Below are positions 43,435 to 52,640 of a stretch of 64,000 bases of DNA, piece by piece. The notes beneath the pieces were generated by a model. It was not told the origin of the DNA. It was given only the letters and a program-made list of their open reading frames with translations, and ran no database searches. How positions within the stretch are numbered: position 1 is the stretch's first letter; every line of letters starts with the position of its first letter. The position numbers were made by a program, and so were the translations under genes. Source of the DNA: Spartobacteria bacterium (GTDB lineage: Bacteria; Verrucomicrobiota; Verrucomicrobiia; Chthoniobacterales; UBA6821); the NCBI GenBank assembly GCA_947482345.1, contig CANKJN010000002.1, positions 2,122-66,121 on the forward strand, in the 5' to 3' direction.

Positions 43435-44550
43435 ATGCTCTACTACCTCTCCCAACTTGGTGACCTGCTCCAAGGATTCACGGTGACCAAAGCGCTGAAT
43501 GTATTCCAGTACATCTCCTTCCGGGCGCTTTGCGCGGGGCTCTCCTCCTTCCTTCTCTGCCTGCTCTTCGGGGACAAACTGATCCGTCATCTTGTGAAGA
43601 TGAAGCTGGGCCAGCCGATCCGCAGCGCCGAGGAGGTTCACCGTCTCAATGAACTGCACGGTGGGAAGAAGGGAACGCCGACCATGGGGGGCATCCTGCT
43701 AATCGGGGCGGTCATCGTCTCGACACTCCTCTGGGCGAGACCTGACAATCCCTTTGTCTGGATCTGCCTGGTCACCGTCCTCGTGCTGGGCGGGATCGGC
43801 TTCTACGACGACTGGCTCAAGGTCGCGAAAAAGAGCTCCGACGGGATCAGTAGCCGGCTAAAGTTCGCGCTCCAGTGCCTGCTGGCGCTTGGCATCACGA
43901 TGTTTTTCCTCTCCTCCCCCACGCTCTCCAAGCAGGCTCAGGAACTCTACATTCCCTTTTTGAAGGGGCCCCTGATCAACTTGGGCGGATGGACTTACCT
44001 CTTCTACATCATCGTCATCGTGGGAGCCTCCAATGCGGTGAATCTTACGGACGGACTCGACGGACTGGCCTCGGGTTGCACCGTCATGGCGGGGGCCTGC
44101 TTCGGAGTCTTCACCTACCTGGCCGGCAACTACAAGACGGCCGCCTACCTTCAGATTCCATACTACGGTTTCTCGGGTGAGCTTGCCGTCGTGAGTCTCG
44201 CGCTCGCGGGTGCGGCGCTCGGATTTCTCTGGTGGAACTGCCACCCCGCGAAAGTATTCATGGGTGACACCGGATCGCTTGCGATCGGCGGACTTCTGGG
44301 CGTGCTTGCGATCTGCTGCAAGCAGGAACTGCTACTTGCGATCGTTGGAGGCGTCTTTGTCGCCGAGGCCCTCTCGGTGATCCTTCAGGTGGCGAGCTTC
44401 AAGCTGACCGGCAGGAGGATCTTCAAGATGTCGCCCCTGCATCACCACTTCGAGCTCTCCGGTTGGAAGGAGAACACGGTCACCGTCCGCTTCTGGATCA
44501 TGGCGATCGTCTTCGGCTTGCTCGGCATCGCCACGCTCAAGCTCCGCTGA
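43435..44550 (+). CDS. mraY: Phospho-N-acetylmuramoyl-pentapeptide transferase
   Basis: It contains GKKGTPTMGG, NAVNLTDGLDGLA, FMGDTGSLAIGG and PLHHHFE. ATG 43435 within track ORF 43390..44550. Confidence 0.9.
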   Translation: MLYYLSQLGDLLQGFTVTKALNVFQYISFRALCAGLSSFLLCLLFGDKLIRHLVKMKLGQPIRSAEEVHRLNELHGGKKGTPTMGGILLIGAVIVSTLLWARPDNPFVWICLVTVLVLGGIGFYDDWLKVAKKSSDGISSRLKFALQCLLALGITMFFLSSPTLSKQAQELYIPFLKGPLINLGGWTYLFYIIVIVGASNAVNLTDGLDGLASGCTVMAGACFGVFTYLAGNYKTAAYLQIPYYGFSGELAVVSLALAGAALGFLWWNCHPAKVFMGDTGSLAIGGLLGVLAICCKQELLLAIVGGVFVAEALSVILQVASFKLTGRRIFKMSPLHHHFELSGWKENTVTVRFWIMAIVFGLLGIATLKLR

Positions 44551-44566
44551 TTTTTCCACCCGCCCC

Positions 44567-45922
44567 ATGATCACCGAATCCAATCCCTACGCCGGCCGCA
44601 GGACCGTGGTCCTCGGCCTGGGACGCAGCGGCATGGCCGCGGCGCGCCTGCTGCGGCGTTGCGGAGCGGAGGTGACTGCGCTCGACACCGGGGATTCGGA
44701 ACTCCTGAGGGAACGCGCCGCCAAGCTCCGTGAGGAGGGAATCACCGTCATCACGGGCCCCGGGGCGGAGCATGACCCCGTCCGCCATAACCTGGCCATC
44801 CTGAGTCCGGGAATCGAGGAGAGCGTGCCGCTGGTCACCAACGCGACCTCCAAGGGAACCCCGCTCATCGGGGAGTTGGAACTGGCCTTCACGCTGACAA
44901 CGGTGCCGGTCGTCGCGATCACGGGTACCAACGGCAAGACGACCACCACGGAGTTGACGGCGCGCATGCTTGGCGGGGCGGGACTGCGGTCCGCCGCCTG
45001 CGGGAATATCGGCACGCCGATGTCGGAACTGCTTCTGGAGGAGGAAAAACTGGATGTCTTCGTGGCGGAGGTCAGTTCCTTCCAGTTGGAGACGATCCGA
45101 ACCTTCCGCCCCAAGGTCGCGCTCTGGCTCAACCTCAGTCCCAACCACCTCGACCGGTATCCCTCGATGAAGGAATACCGCGAGGCGAAGATGAGGATCT
45201 TCATGAACCAGACGGAGGAGGATTGGGCCATCGTGCTCGCCGGAGAGGAACGGCCCGGGATCAAGGCGCAAAGGATCAGCTTCAGCAGCACCGATCCAAC
45301 CGCCGACATCACCCTGGAAAATGGCCGAATGATCATGCATCGCGGGAAGCTCCTGCTCGATCTCGAGACAACGGGGCTCCGGGGGCCGCACAATGCGGCC
45401 AACCTGATGGCGGCATTCGGTGCGGGAATCGCTCTGGGTGCGGATCCCGGGCGGATGGCCTCCTCGATCGGCGACTACGCCCCTCCGGCCCACAGGTGCG
45501 AATTCATCGCCGAACGTGGAGGGGTGCGTTGGATCAACGATTCCAAGGCAACCAATCTCGACGCCATGGAGCAGGCGATCCGCTCCGTGGAGGGGCCTCT
45601 GATCTTGATCGCGGGCGGAAAGAACAAGGGATTTGAATTCGCGGCGATCGCCCCGCTTGTCAGGGAGCGCGTCTCCCTTGCCGTGCTCATCGGCGAGATG
45701 AGGCATCGGATCGCCCGCGACTGGGCACCTGTCCCGACGGTGATTGCCGAAACCCTCGACGAGGCGGTCAGCGTCGCCGCCTCCAAGGCAACCCACGGGA
45801 GCACCGTCCTCTTTTCACCAGGAACTTCCTCGTTCGACATGTTCCGCGACTACATCAGCCGCGGGGAGGCGTTCCGCTCCCTGGTCCTTGCTCTCCCGGG
45901 GGCTCTCCCCAACCAACAGTAA
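44567..45922 (+). CDS. murD: UDP-N-acetylmuramoylalanine--D-glutamate ligase
   Basis: It contains GLGRSG, ITGTNGKTTT, NLSPNHLDRY and NDSKATN. Confidence 0.9.
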   Translation: MITESNPYAGRRTVVLGLGRSGMAAARLLRRCGAEVTALDTGDSELLRERAAKLREEGITVITGPGAEHDPVRHNLAILSPGIEESVPLVTNATSKGTPLIGELELAFTLTTVPVVAITGTNGKTTTTELTARMLGGAGLRSAACGNIGTPMSELLLEEEKLDVFVAEVSSFQLETIRTFRPKVALWLNLSPNHLDRYPSMKEYREAKMRIFMNQTEEDWAIVLAGEERPGIKAQRISFSSTDPTADITLENGRMIMHRGKLLLDLETTGLRGPHNAANLMAAFGAGIALGADPGRMASSIGDYAPPAHRCEFIAERGGVRWINDSKATNLDAMEQAIRSVEGPLILIAGGKNKGFEFAAIAPLVRERVSLAVLIGEMRHRIARDWAPVPTVIAETLDEAVSVAASKATHGSTVLFSPGTSSFDMFRDYISRGEAFRSLVLALPGALPNQQ

Positions 45923-45971
45923 TCCCAATCCGTCCGTCAGATCGCACCACCACCGCCAACCAACACATCCC

Positions 45972-47048
45972 ATGAACCCGATGACCCCGAAACGCACCCG
46001 TCGGCTCCGCGCACGCGCGGCAACCATGAACCCCTCGGAGGAATACGAAGACTACGGTCCCGAGCCGAACATGAAGCTGTCGCATGCCTTTCTGGTGGTG
46101 CTGCTTCTCCATGTGATCGCCGTCGGGGGTCTCTATGCCTTCAACTCGATGAAGGCCGGCAAGGCCCCTGCGATCAAAACGGCGAAAACCGCACCAGCGA
46201 ACCCTCCGGGGCCGGTCAAGGAATCCCCGCGCAACGAGGAACCCTCCCCGGGCGGTGGATCGGGTGAGAAGCCTCCCGCTGGCGGAAAGGCTCCGCTGGT
46301 GGCCAAGGTTGCGGAGGCTCCGAAGACGGCGAAGCCGACCACTCCGGTAAATGCGAAGAGCGCACAACCTGCGCAGGCCGATGGGAACGGCAAGGGATTG
46401 CTGGCAAGCGCCAAGGGAACCCTGCAGAAAGCCGCGGGAATCGGCGTTGCCGCGACCGGGGCTTCCAAGGCAACCGCGCAGACGACCACCGAACCATCCC
46501 CCGCCGTCTCTGCGACCGATGCCGCGCCAGCCTCTGCAGCGGGTGCCAAAACCTATATCGTGCGTGCCGGTGACACGATGACCAGGATCGCCTCCTCGCT
46601 CGGTGTGGCCATTCCCGATCTCGAGCGGGTGAACAGCCTCGGAAGCAATGCCGTCCTGCAGGTCGGCCAGGTGCTCAAGGTGCCTGAAAAGCTCGTCACA
46701 CAGGCCGCAACGAGCGTTGCATCGGGTGCGGGCAAGGTCGCCGAGAGCGCCGGCAAGCTGCCGGCTGCTGTTGCCACGGCGGTGACGGGTCGGCAAAACG
46801 AGGCCGCCGCTGCCGCCCCTGTTGCCACGGATGCCGCATCGGCTCCCGTTGCAGGCGGCGCCACCACCGACTACACCGTCGTGAAGGGCGACAACCCTTG
46901 GAAGATCGCCAAGAAATTCAAGATCTCCCAGGAGGAGCTCATGAAGGCCAACGGCATCACCGATCCGAAGAAAATCCAGATCGGCCAGGTGCTCAAGATC
47001 CCGGCCTCAGCGTCCTCCGCGGCCCCCGCGGCTAAGGGAGCGAAGTAA
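45972..47048 (+). CDS. Membrane-anchored protein with two C-terminal LysM peptidoglycan-binding domains
   Basis: It has a TM helix (AFLVVLLLHVIAVGGLYAF) and a long Ala/Pro/Gly/Lys-rich linker. Two LysM repeats are present (YIVRAGDTMTRIASSLGV...GQVLKVP and YTVVKGDNPWKIAKKFKI...GQVLKIP). ATG 45972 is preferred, with alternative in-frame starts downstream. Confidence 0.7.
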   Translation: MNPMTPKRTRRLRARAATMNPSEEYEDYGPEPNMKLSHAFLVVLLLHVIAVGGLYAFNSMKAGKAPAIKTAKTAPANPPGPVKESPRNEEPSPGGGSGEKPPAGGKAPLVAKVAEAPKTAKPTTPVNAKSAQPAQADGNGKGLLASAKGTLQKAAGIGVAATGASKATAQTTTEPSPAVSATDAAPASAAGAKTYIVRAGDTMTRIASSLGVAIPDLERVNSLGSNAVLQVGQVLKVPEKLVTQAATSVASGAGKVAESAGKLPAAVATAVTGRQNEAAAAAPVATDAASAPVAGGATTDYTVVKGDNPWKIAKKFKISQEELMKANGITDPKKIQIGQVLKIPASASSAAPAAKGAK

Positions 47049-47080
47049 TCCCGTCACTGATTCCGGGCCAACCAGACACC

Positions 47081-48226
47081 ATGCAGCGCAGCGGCATCTA
47101 CCTCCTGCTGATCTCGGTCGTGGGACTGGTCGCCCTCGGGGTGGTGATGCTGTTTAGCACGAGCGCCTTTGCCCAGGACAGTCACGGGGACATCTACTAC
47201 TTCGTGAAGCGCCAGGGTTTCTGGCTCGTCATCGGAACGGGTGCCTGCGTGACGGGCGCCCTCGTCGACTACCAGCGTTGGCGATCCTGGTGGCCGTATG
47301 TCTACGGGATCTCCGCCGTGCTGCTCGCACTCTGCTTCGTTCCGCATGTCGGGATGAGGATCAACGGATCCCTGCGCTGGTTGAATCTTCATATCGCCGC
47401 CTTCCAACCGAGCGAGGTCGCCAAGATCGCGGCGGTGTTTTTCCTCGCCTGGTGGTTCTCCCGACCGCAGACCAATTCACGGAAAATCATGCAGGGCATT
47501 CTGATTCCGGGAGGGGTGGTGATGATGCTGGTGGCGCTCATCGCCGCCGAGGTGGATCTCGGAACGAGCGCGCTGATCGGGGCGACCACGCTTGCGGTCT
47601 GCTTCATCGGGGGGGCGAACGGCTGGCTCATCGGTGGCTCGATCCTGACGGGACTCGCGGGCCTGCTGGGGATGGCGATGCTCATCCCGGAGCGTGCCGC
47701 GAGAATGACGACGTTCCTCGATCCGGAGGGCGACAAGCTCGGGAAGGGACTCCAGCAGTGGCAGGCGCTGATCGCCTTCGGTTCCGGAGGATACGAGGGG
47801 CTGGGACTGGGGAACGGCCGTCAGAAACTGCTCTATCTTCCCTACGCCCACACCGATTTCATTTTCCCGATGATCGGCGAGGAGTTGGGTCTGCCGTTCA
47901 CCTGGCTGGTCGTCTTCGGCTTCATCATGATCATTCTCTCGGGCGGGCTCATCGCGGCCAACGCCAAGGACCGTTTTGGAAAACTTCTCGCCATGGGAAT
48001 CCTCCTGTTGATCTCCCTGCAGGCAGCGGTCAATATCGGCATGACCACCTCGCTGCTTCCGAACAAGGGAATGCCACTGCCTTTCATCAGTTACGGCGGC
48101 AGCAATCTGGCGGTCTCCCTCTTCATGGTAGGAATCCTCGTCAACATTCACCGCATCGGCATCCCGGTCGCTCCCGTTACGGACCGACAGGTCATCCTTG
48201 CCGGCCGTTCCGTGCCCCGCATCTGA
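47081..48226 (+). CDS. ftsW: SEDS-family peptidoglycan polymerase FtsW
   Basis: 10-TM SEDS sequence with QPSEVAKI, HTDFIFPMIGEELG and LPNKGMPLPFISYGGS, in the dcw position. Confidence 0.85.
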   Translation: MQRSGIYLLLISVVGLVALGVVMLFSTSAFAQDSHGDIYYFVKRQGFWLVIGTGACVTGALVDYQRWRSWWPYVYGISAVLLALCFVPHVGMRINGSLRWLNLHIAAFQPSEVAKIAAVFFLAWWFSRPQTNSRKIMQGILIPGGVVMMLVALIAAEVDLGTSALIGATTLAVCFIGGANGWLIGGSILTGLAGLLGMAMLIPERAARMTTFLDPEGDKLGKGLQQWQALIAFGSGGYEGLGLGNGRQKLLYLPYAHTDFIFPMIGEELGLPFTWLVVFGFIMIILSGGLIAANAKDRFGKLLAMGILLLISLQAAVNIGMTTSLLPNKGMPLPFISYGGSNLAVSLFMVGILVNIHRIGIPVAPVTDRQVILAGRSVPRI

Positions 48227-48237
48227 TTTTCCAAGAC

Positions 48238-49353
48238 ATGGCGGTACCCAAACAATTCGTCATCGCCTGCGGCGGCACCGGGGGACATCTCTTCCCGGGC
48301 CTCGCCGTCGCGGAGACGCTCCACGCGCGCGGGCACGAGGTCCTGCTTCTCGTCTCCGAAAAGGAGATCGACACGGTGGCGTTGCGCGATCATCCCGAGT
48401 TCCGCCGGGAAAAGCTCCCCTCCATCGGCATGCCGGCGATCCTCTCGCCCGCCTTCCCCCGTTTCCTGAAACGCGGTTGGGAGAGCTTCAGCGTCTGCCG
48501 CCAGCTCTATTCGCGTTACAAGCCGGTCGCCGTACTCGGAATGGGTGGGTTCACCTCCGCGGCACCCCTGCTTGCGGCGCGCCTCTCGCGCATTCCCTGC
48601 TTCCTGCACGAGTCCAATGCGATCGCCGGCCGGGCGAACCGCCTCGCCGCACGCTGGACCGACAGCGTCCTCCTCGGCCTGCAGGCATGCGAATCCTCCT
48701 TTCCCGGCAGGAACTGCATCGTGACCGGAACGCCCGTCCGCAAGGATCTTGGCAACCCCCGGCCCAAGGGGGAGGCCCGCTCCTCCTTCGGGCTCGATCC
48801 CGAGGCGCCGACCCTTCTGGTGATGGGCGGTAGTCAGGGGGCGACCGGGATCAACCAGCTCATCTTCCGGGCGGCGCCTTTCCTCCGGGATTTCCGCTCG
48901 GCCTCGGGGCATCCCCTCCAGGTGATCCATCTCACCGGGGATCGGGATGACAGCCTCGCTGCGATCAACTATCAGAGGGAGGGGATCAAGGCCCATGTCG
49001 CCGCATTCCATCACCGGATGGAGGAGGCCTACTCGGCGGCCGATCTCGTCATCTCACGAGCGGGTGCCTCCAGTCTGGGGGAACTCTCCCAGTTTGCGCT
49101 CCCCTCCGTGCTGATCCCCTTCCCCTTTGCCGCCGACAAGCACCAGCACCGCAACGCCGAGGCATTCCGCGATGCCGGGGCGGCGGAGATGGTGGAGGAG
49201 AAGACGGCGGATCCGGAGGCCTTCGCGCTCCTGATCAGGAACCTGCTCGAGGATGATCGTCGCCGGGAACGGATGGCCGCCGCCGCCGCCTCGGTCCTTC
49301 CCCGTTCGGCCGCGGAGCGTGTGGCCACCGTGCTCGAGGAGGCCGCCCGATGA
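48238..49353 (+). CDS. murG: Undecaprenyldiphospho-muramoylpentapeptide beta-N-acetylglucosaminyltransferase
   Basis: It contains ACGGTGGHLFPGLAVAE, GGSQGA, RAGASSLGEL and QHRNAEA. ATG 48238 within track ORF 47278..49353. Confidence 0.9.
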   Translation: MAVPKQFVIACGGTGGHLFPGLAVAETLHARGHEVLLLVSEKEIDTVALRDHPEFRREKLPSIGMPAILSPAFPRFLKRGWESFSVCRQLYSRYKPVAVLGMGGFTSAAPLLAARLSRIPCFLHESNAIAGRANRLAARWTDSVLLGLQACESSFPGRNCIVTGTPVRKDLGNPRPKGEARSSFGLDPEAPTLLVMGGSQGATGINQLIFRAAPFLRDFRSASGHPLQVIHLTGDRDDSLAAINYQREGIKAHVAAFHHRMEEAYSAADLVISRAGASSLGELSQFALPSVLIPFPFAADKHQHRNAEAFRDAGAAEMVEEKTADPEAFALLIRNLLEDDRRRERMAAAAASVLPRSAAERVATVLEEAAR

Positions 49354-51692
49354 GCGTCGGCACGGGCGCCGCCTTCCGTCCCGCGGGTATCGCCGGGATC
49401 TCCCCACTGCTCCTTGGAAGCGAGCCGAAAAGAATTCACCTGATCGGCGTGGCCGGCTCCGGAATGAGCGGGATCGCCGCTCTTCTCCTGGCACTGGGGC
49501 ACCGCGTCAGCGGATCGGACAAGGCTGACACGCAGGAGGTGGAGCGCCTGCGAAAGAAGGGGCTCGCCTTCGAGACGCCGCACGGGCCTTCGCTGGTGGC
49601 CGATGCCGACCTGGTGATCTATTCCTCGGCGATCCGTCCGGGTAACCTCGCCTATGACGCCGCGGTATCGCTCGGCAAGCCGATGGCCCGGCGGGCGGAG
49701 GTATTGGCCGCAATCATGGAGGGGAAGCAGGGGATCGTCGTCTGCGGGATGCACGGGAAGACCACGACCTCGGCGATGGCAGCCCATGTGCTGCGCGCAG
49801 GCGGTCTCAAGCCTTCCCACTATGTCGGGGCAGAGATCCCCATCCTCGGCACGAATGCACGATGGGATTCCGAGGGGATGCATCTGGTGGCCGAGGGGGA
49901 CGAGAGCGACGGCACGCTGGTGCATTATCATCCCCGCCATGCCATCGTGCTCAACATCGAGCCGGAGCATCTCGATCATTACGCCGATCTGGCGGCCATC
50001 GACGCGGTCTTCCTGCAGCTCCTCTCGCAGACTTCCGGGAATGTCTATTACTGGTCGGACGATTCCGGCGCATCGCGTGTCTGCTCCACCCACGAGCGCG
50101 CGGTTCCCGTCGGCACCGGGGTGCACTGCCGCTACCGGATCGAAGGGTTGGAGAGCGCCGATCTGGCCACGCGTTTCGCGGTCTTCCGTGGTAACGACCT
50201 TCTCGGGAGTGTCACGCTTGGGATTCCCGGCGCCCACAACGCCCATAACGCCCTCCTCGTCATCGCTCTGGCCACGGATCTCGGGGTTCCTTTCGGCGAG
50301 ATTTTCTCGGCGCTCGGGTCTTTCCGCGGGGCCAAGCGAAGGTTTGAGCTGAAATACCGTGACGCGGAGTTCCGGGTCTTTGACGACTACGGTCATCACC
50401 CCACCGAGATCGCCGCCACTCTTGCCACGGCCCGCGCCACGATTTCCGGGGAGGGACGGTTGGTCGTGCTCTTCCAACCGCACCGATACTCCCGCACCGC
50501 GGCGCTGAGAGAAGAGTTCGGGAGAGCCTTCCGCGACGCCGATCTGGTCCATGTCGCCCCGATCTATCCCGCGGGCGAGACGCCGATCCCGGGGATCGGC
50601 TCCGGCACGATCGTGGAGGAGGCCCGTAAGGCGGGGCATCCCTCCGTCCATGAGGCTCCCTCCGTCTCAGCCGCCGCCGCACTCGCCGCCGCCGCACTGC
50701 GGGAGGGTGATCTCGTCCTGACGCTCGGAGCCGGGAACATCCACGAGGCCGGAACATTCCTCGCGACGGAACTTTCCCTGCGTTCGAGGCTGCGCGAGGC
50801 GATGGGGGCGGGCCTGATCAGGATCGGTGAACCGCTCTCCAAGCACACCACGATGCGAGTCGGAGGGCCCGCCCGCTTCTGGGCCGAGCCTGAGACAGAG
50901 GAGGGGTTTGCGGAACTGGTGCGTGTCTGCCACGACGAGGGGATTCCCTTCATGGTGATGGGGCGCGGCTCCAACCTGATCGTACGGGACGGCGGTTTCC
51001 CCGGAGTGGTCGCCCATCTCGGCAGGGGAACGTTCTCAGCGTCATCGGTCGACGGGAACGAGATCACCGCCGGTGTCGGCATCAAGCTCAAGCAACTCGC
51101 CGCCGTGGCACGCCACGCGGGTCTGACGGGATTCGAGTGGATGGACGGGATTCCCGGGAATCTGGGTGGTGCGCTCCGCATGAATGCCGGGGCAATGGGG
51201 ATCCAGACCTTCGACCAGGTGGTGAGGGTCCGCTTCGCCGACCGCGACGGGAACATCGTCTCGCGCACCACCGCCGAACTCGAGATCCGCTACCGCGACG
51301 TTCCCGTCCTGCACGATCATTACGCCCTCTCGGCCACGCTGGCGGGGTCGCCTTCCGTGCCCGAGGCCATCGACGGCCTGCTCAACGCTTCGTTCAGGCA
51401 CCGCAAGGAGACGCAGCCGATTGCGGCGAGCGCGGGTTGCATTTTCAAGAATCCCGGCGGGATCTCCGCGGGGAAGCTGATCGAGGAACTCGGACTCAAG
51501 AACAGTGCCGTCGGAGGCGCCCGGGTCTCCGAGGTTCATGCGAATTTCATCGTCAATGACGGCGGCGCGACCGCGACGGAGATCCTCTCGCTGATCGGGA
51601 GGATCAAGGAGAAGGCCCGCTCGGAGCGGGGAATCGACCTGGAGACCGAAGTCGGCATCATCGGCGAGGACCCCGGAAACGAAGAAATCTGA
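49350..51692 (+). CDS. murC: Fused MurC (UDP-N-acetylmuramate--L-alanine ligase, N-terminal ~470 aa) and MurB (UDP-N-acetylenolpyruvoylglucosamine reductase, C-terminal ~300 aa)
   Basis: The MurC part has IHLIGVAGSGMSGIA, CGMHGKTTTSAM and DDYGHHPTEI. The MurB part has LSKHTTMRVGGPARFW, GRGSNLIVRDGG and GCIFKNP. It is a single uninterrupted 780-aa ORF. Confidence 0.85.
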   Translation: MSVGTGAAFRPAGIAGISPLLLGSEPKRIHLIGVAGSGMSGIAALLLALGHRVSGSDKADTQEVERLRKKGLAFETPHGPSLVADADLVIYSSAIRPGNLAYDAAVSLGKPMARRAEVLAAIMEGKQGIVVCGMHGKTTTSAMAAHVLRAGGLKPSHYVGAEIPILGTNARWDSEGMHLVAEGDESDGTLVHYHPRHAIVLNIEPEHLDHYADLAAIDAVFLQLLSQTSGNVYYWSDDSGASRVCSTHERAVPVGTGVHCRYRIEGLESADLATRFAVFRGNDLLGSVTLGIPGAHNAHNALLVIALATDLGVPFGEIFSALGSFRGAKRRFELKYRDAEFRVFDDYGHHPTEIAATLATARATISGEGRLVVLFQPHRYSRTAALREEFGRAFRDADLVHVAPIYPAGETPIPGIGSGTIVEEARKAGHPSVHEAPSVSAAAALAAAALREGDLVLTLGAGNIHEAGTFLATELSLRSRLREAMGAGLIRIGEPLSKHTTMRVGGPARFWAEPETEEGFAELVRVCHDEGIPFMVMGRGSNLIVRDGGFPGVVAHLGRGTFSASSVDGNEITAGVGIKLKQLAAVARHAGLTGFEWMDGIPGNLGGALRMNAGAMGIQTFDQVVRVRFADRDGNIVSRTTAELEIRYRDVPVLHDHYALSATLAGSPSVPEAIDGLLNASFRHRKETQPIAASAGCIFKNPGGISAGKLIEELGLKNSAVGGARVSEVHANFIVNDGGATATEILSLIGRIKEKARSERGIDLETEVGIIGEDPGNEEI

Positions 51693-51694
51693 AG

Positions 51695-52618
51695 ATGATC
51701 ATGAGAGATTCCACCACGTTCGAACCCCGCAACCGCAGACTGGCCGTTCTCAAGGGAGGTCCCGGCTCCGAGCGCGATGTTTCGCTCCGTTCGGGTGCGT
51801 CCGTCGCCTCCGCCCTACGAGCCGCCGGTGCCGAGGTTTCCGAGATCGAGTTGACCGGCACCGATGTCGAAATTCCGGCCGGTACGGAACTCGTCTTCAA
51901 CCTCATCCACGGGACATTCGGGGAGGATGGCCGGCTTCAGGCCCTGCTCGATGGACGGGGCATCCCCTACACGGGGGAGGGGACGGAGGAGAGTCGCATC
52001 GCCTTTGACAAGATCCTCACCAAGCAGGCGCTCCAGCGTGCCGGGGTGCCGACGCCCCGTTCCGAAATCCTGAGGAAGGGGGGGCGACCGACGCTTCCGC
52101 TTCCGATCGTGATCAAGGCTCCGTGCCAGGGATCGAGTGTCGGCGTGCATCTCATCCATGATGCCGCCGCGATCGATGGGGCCATCACCGATTGCCTCCT
52201 GCACGGCGACGAGGTGCTTGTCGAGGAACTGGTCCAGGGCCGCGAACTCACCGTCGGTCTCCTCGGCGAGGAGGTCCTTCCGGTGGTGGAGATCAGGCCG
52301 CTCGCGGGATTCTACGACTACACCAACAAGTACACCAAGGGTGCCACCGAGTACCTCGTGCCGGCCCCTCTCACGCCTGCGGAAACGGAGGTTGTCCAAG
52401 CCGTGGCGTTGGCGGCGGTGAAGGCCCTCGGCCTCAATGTCTACAGCCGCGTCGATGTGCTGCTGGGGGAGGGAGGGCCCACCGTCCTGGAGATCAACAC
52501 CATTCCCGGGATGACGGAGACCAGCCTTCTGCCCAAAGCGGCGGCCGCTTACGGACTCGATTTCACGCAACTTTGCTGCAGGATAGCGGGACTCTCACTG
52601 AACGCCCGATCCGCCTGA
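51695..52618 (+). CDS. ddl: D-alanine--D-alanine ligase
   Basis: It contains GGPGSEREVSLRSG, HGTFGEDG, KAPCQGSSVGV and EINTIPGMTETS. Confidence 0.9.
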   Translation: MIMRDSTTFEPRNRRLAVLKGGPGSERDVSLRSGASVASALRAAGAEVSEIELTGTDVEIPAGTELVFNLIHGTFGEDGRLQALLDGRGIPYTGEGTEESRIAFDKILTKQALQRAGVPTPRSEILRKGGRPTLPLPIVIKAPCQGSSVGVHLIHDAAAIDGAITDCLLHGDEVLVEELVQGRELTVGLLGEEVLPVVEIRPLAGFYDYTNKYTKGATEYLVPAPLTPAETEVVQAVALAAVKALGLNVYSRVDVLLGEGGPTVLEINTIPGMTETSLLPKAAAAYGLDFTQLCCRIAGLSLNARSA

Positions 52619-52640
52619 GCTACCGCCAGAACCGCCGAGC

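Noticed and set aside
44537-45796. 419-aa minus-strand ORF, plus 49029..50651 (540 aa), 56105..57298 (397 aa) and 57815..58867 (350 aa)
   Set aside because: All run antisense to well-supported genes (murD, murC-murB, clpB). Their composition is biased to G/R/D/P as expected for reverse frames of GC-rich codons.
47278-48237. 5' extension of the murG ORF (the track ORF starts at 47278), overlapping ftsW in another frame
   Set aside because: The MurG homology begins at MAVPKQFVIACGGTGGH (ATG 48238), just after the ftsW stop. The upstream part is an Arg/Gly-rich read-through frame inside ftsW.
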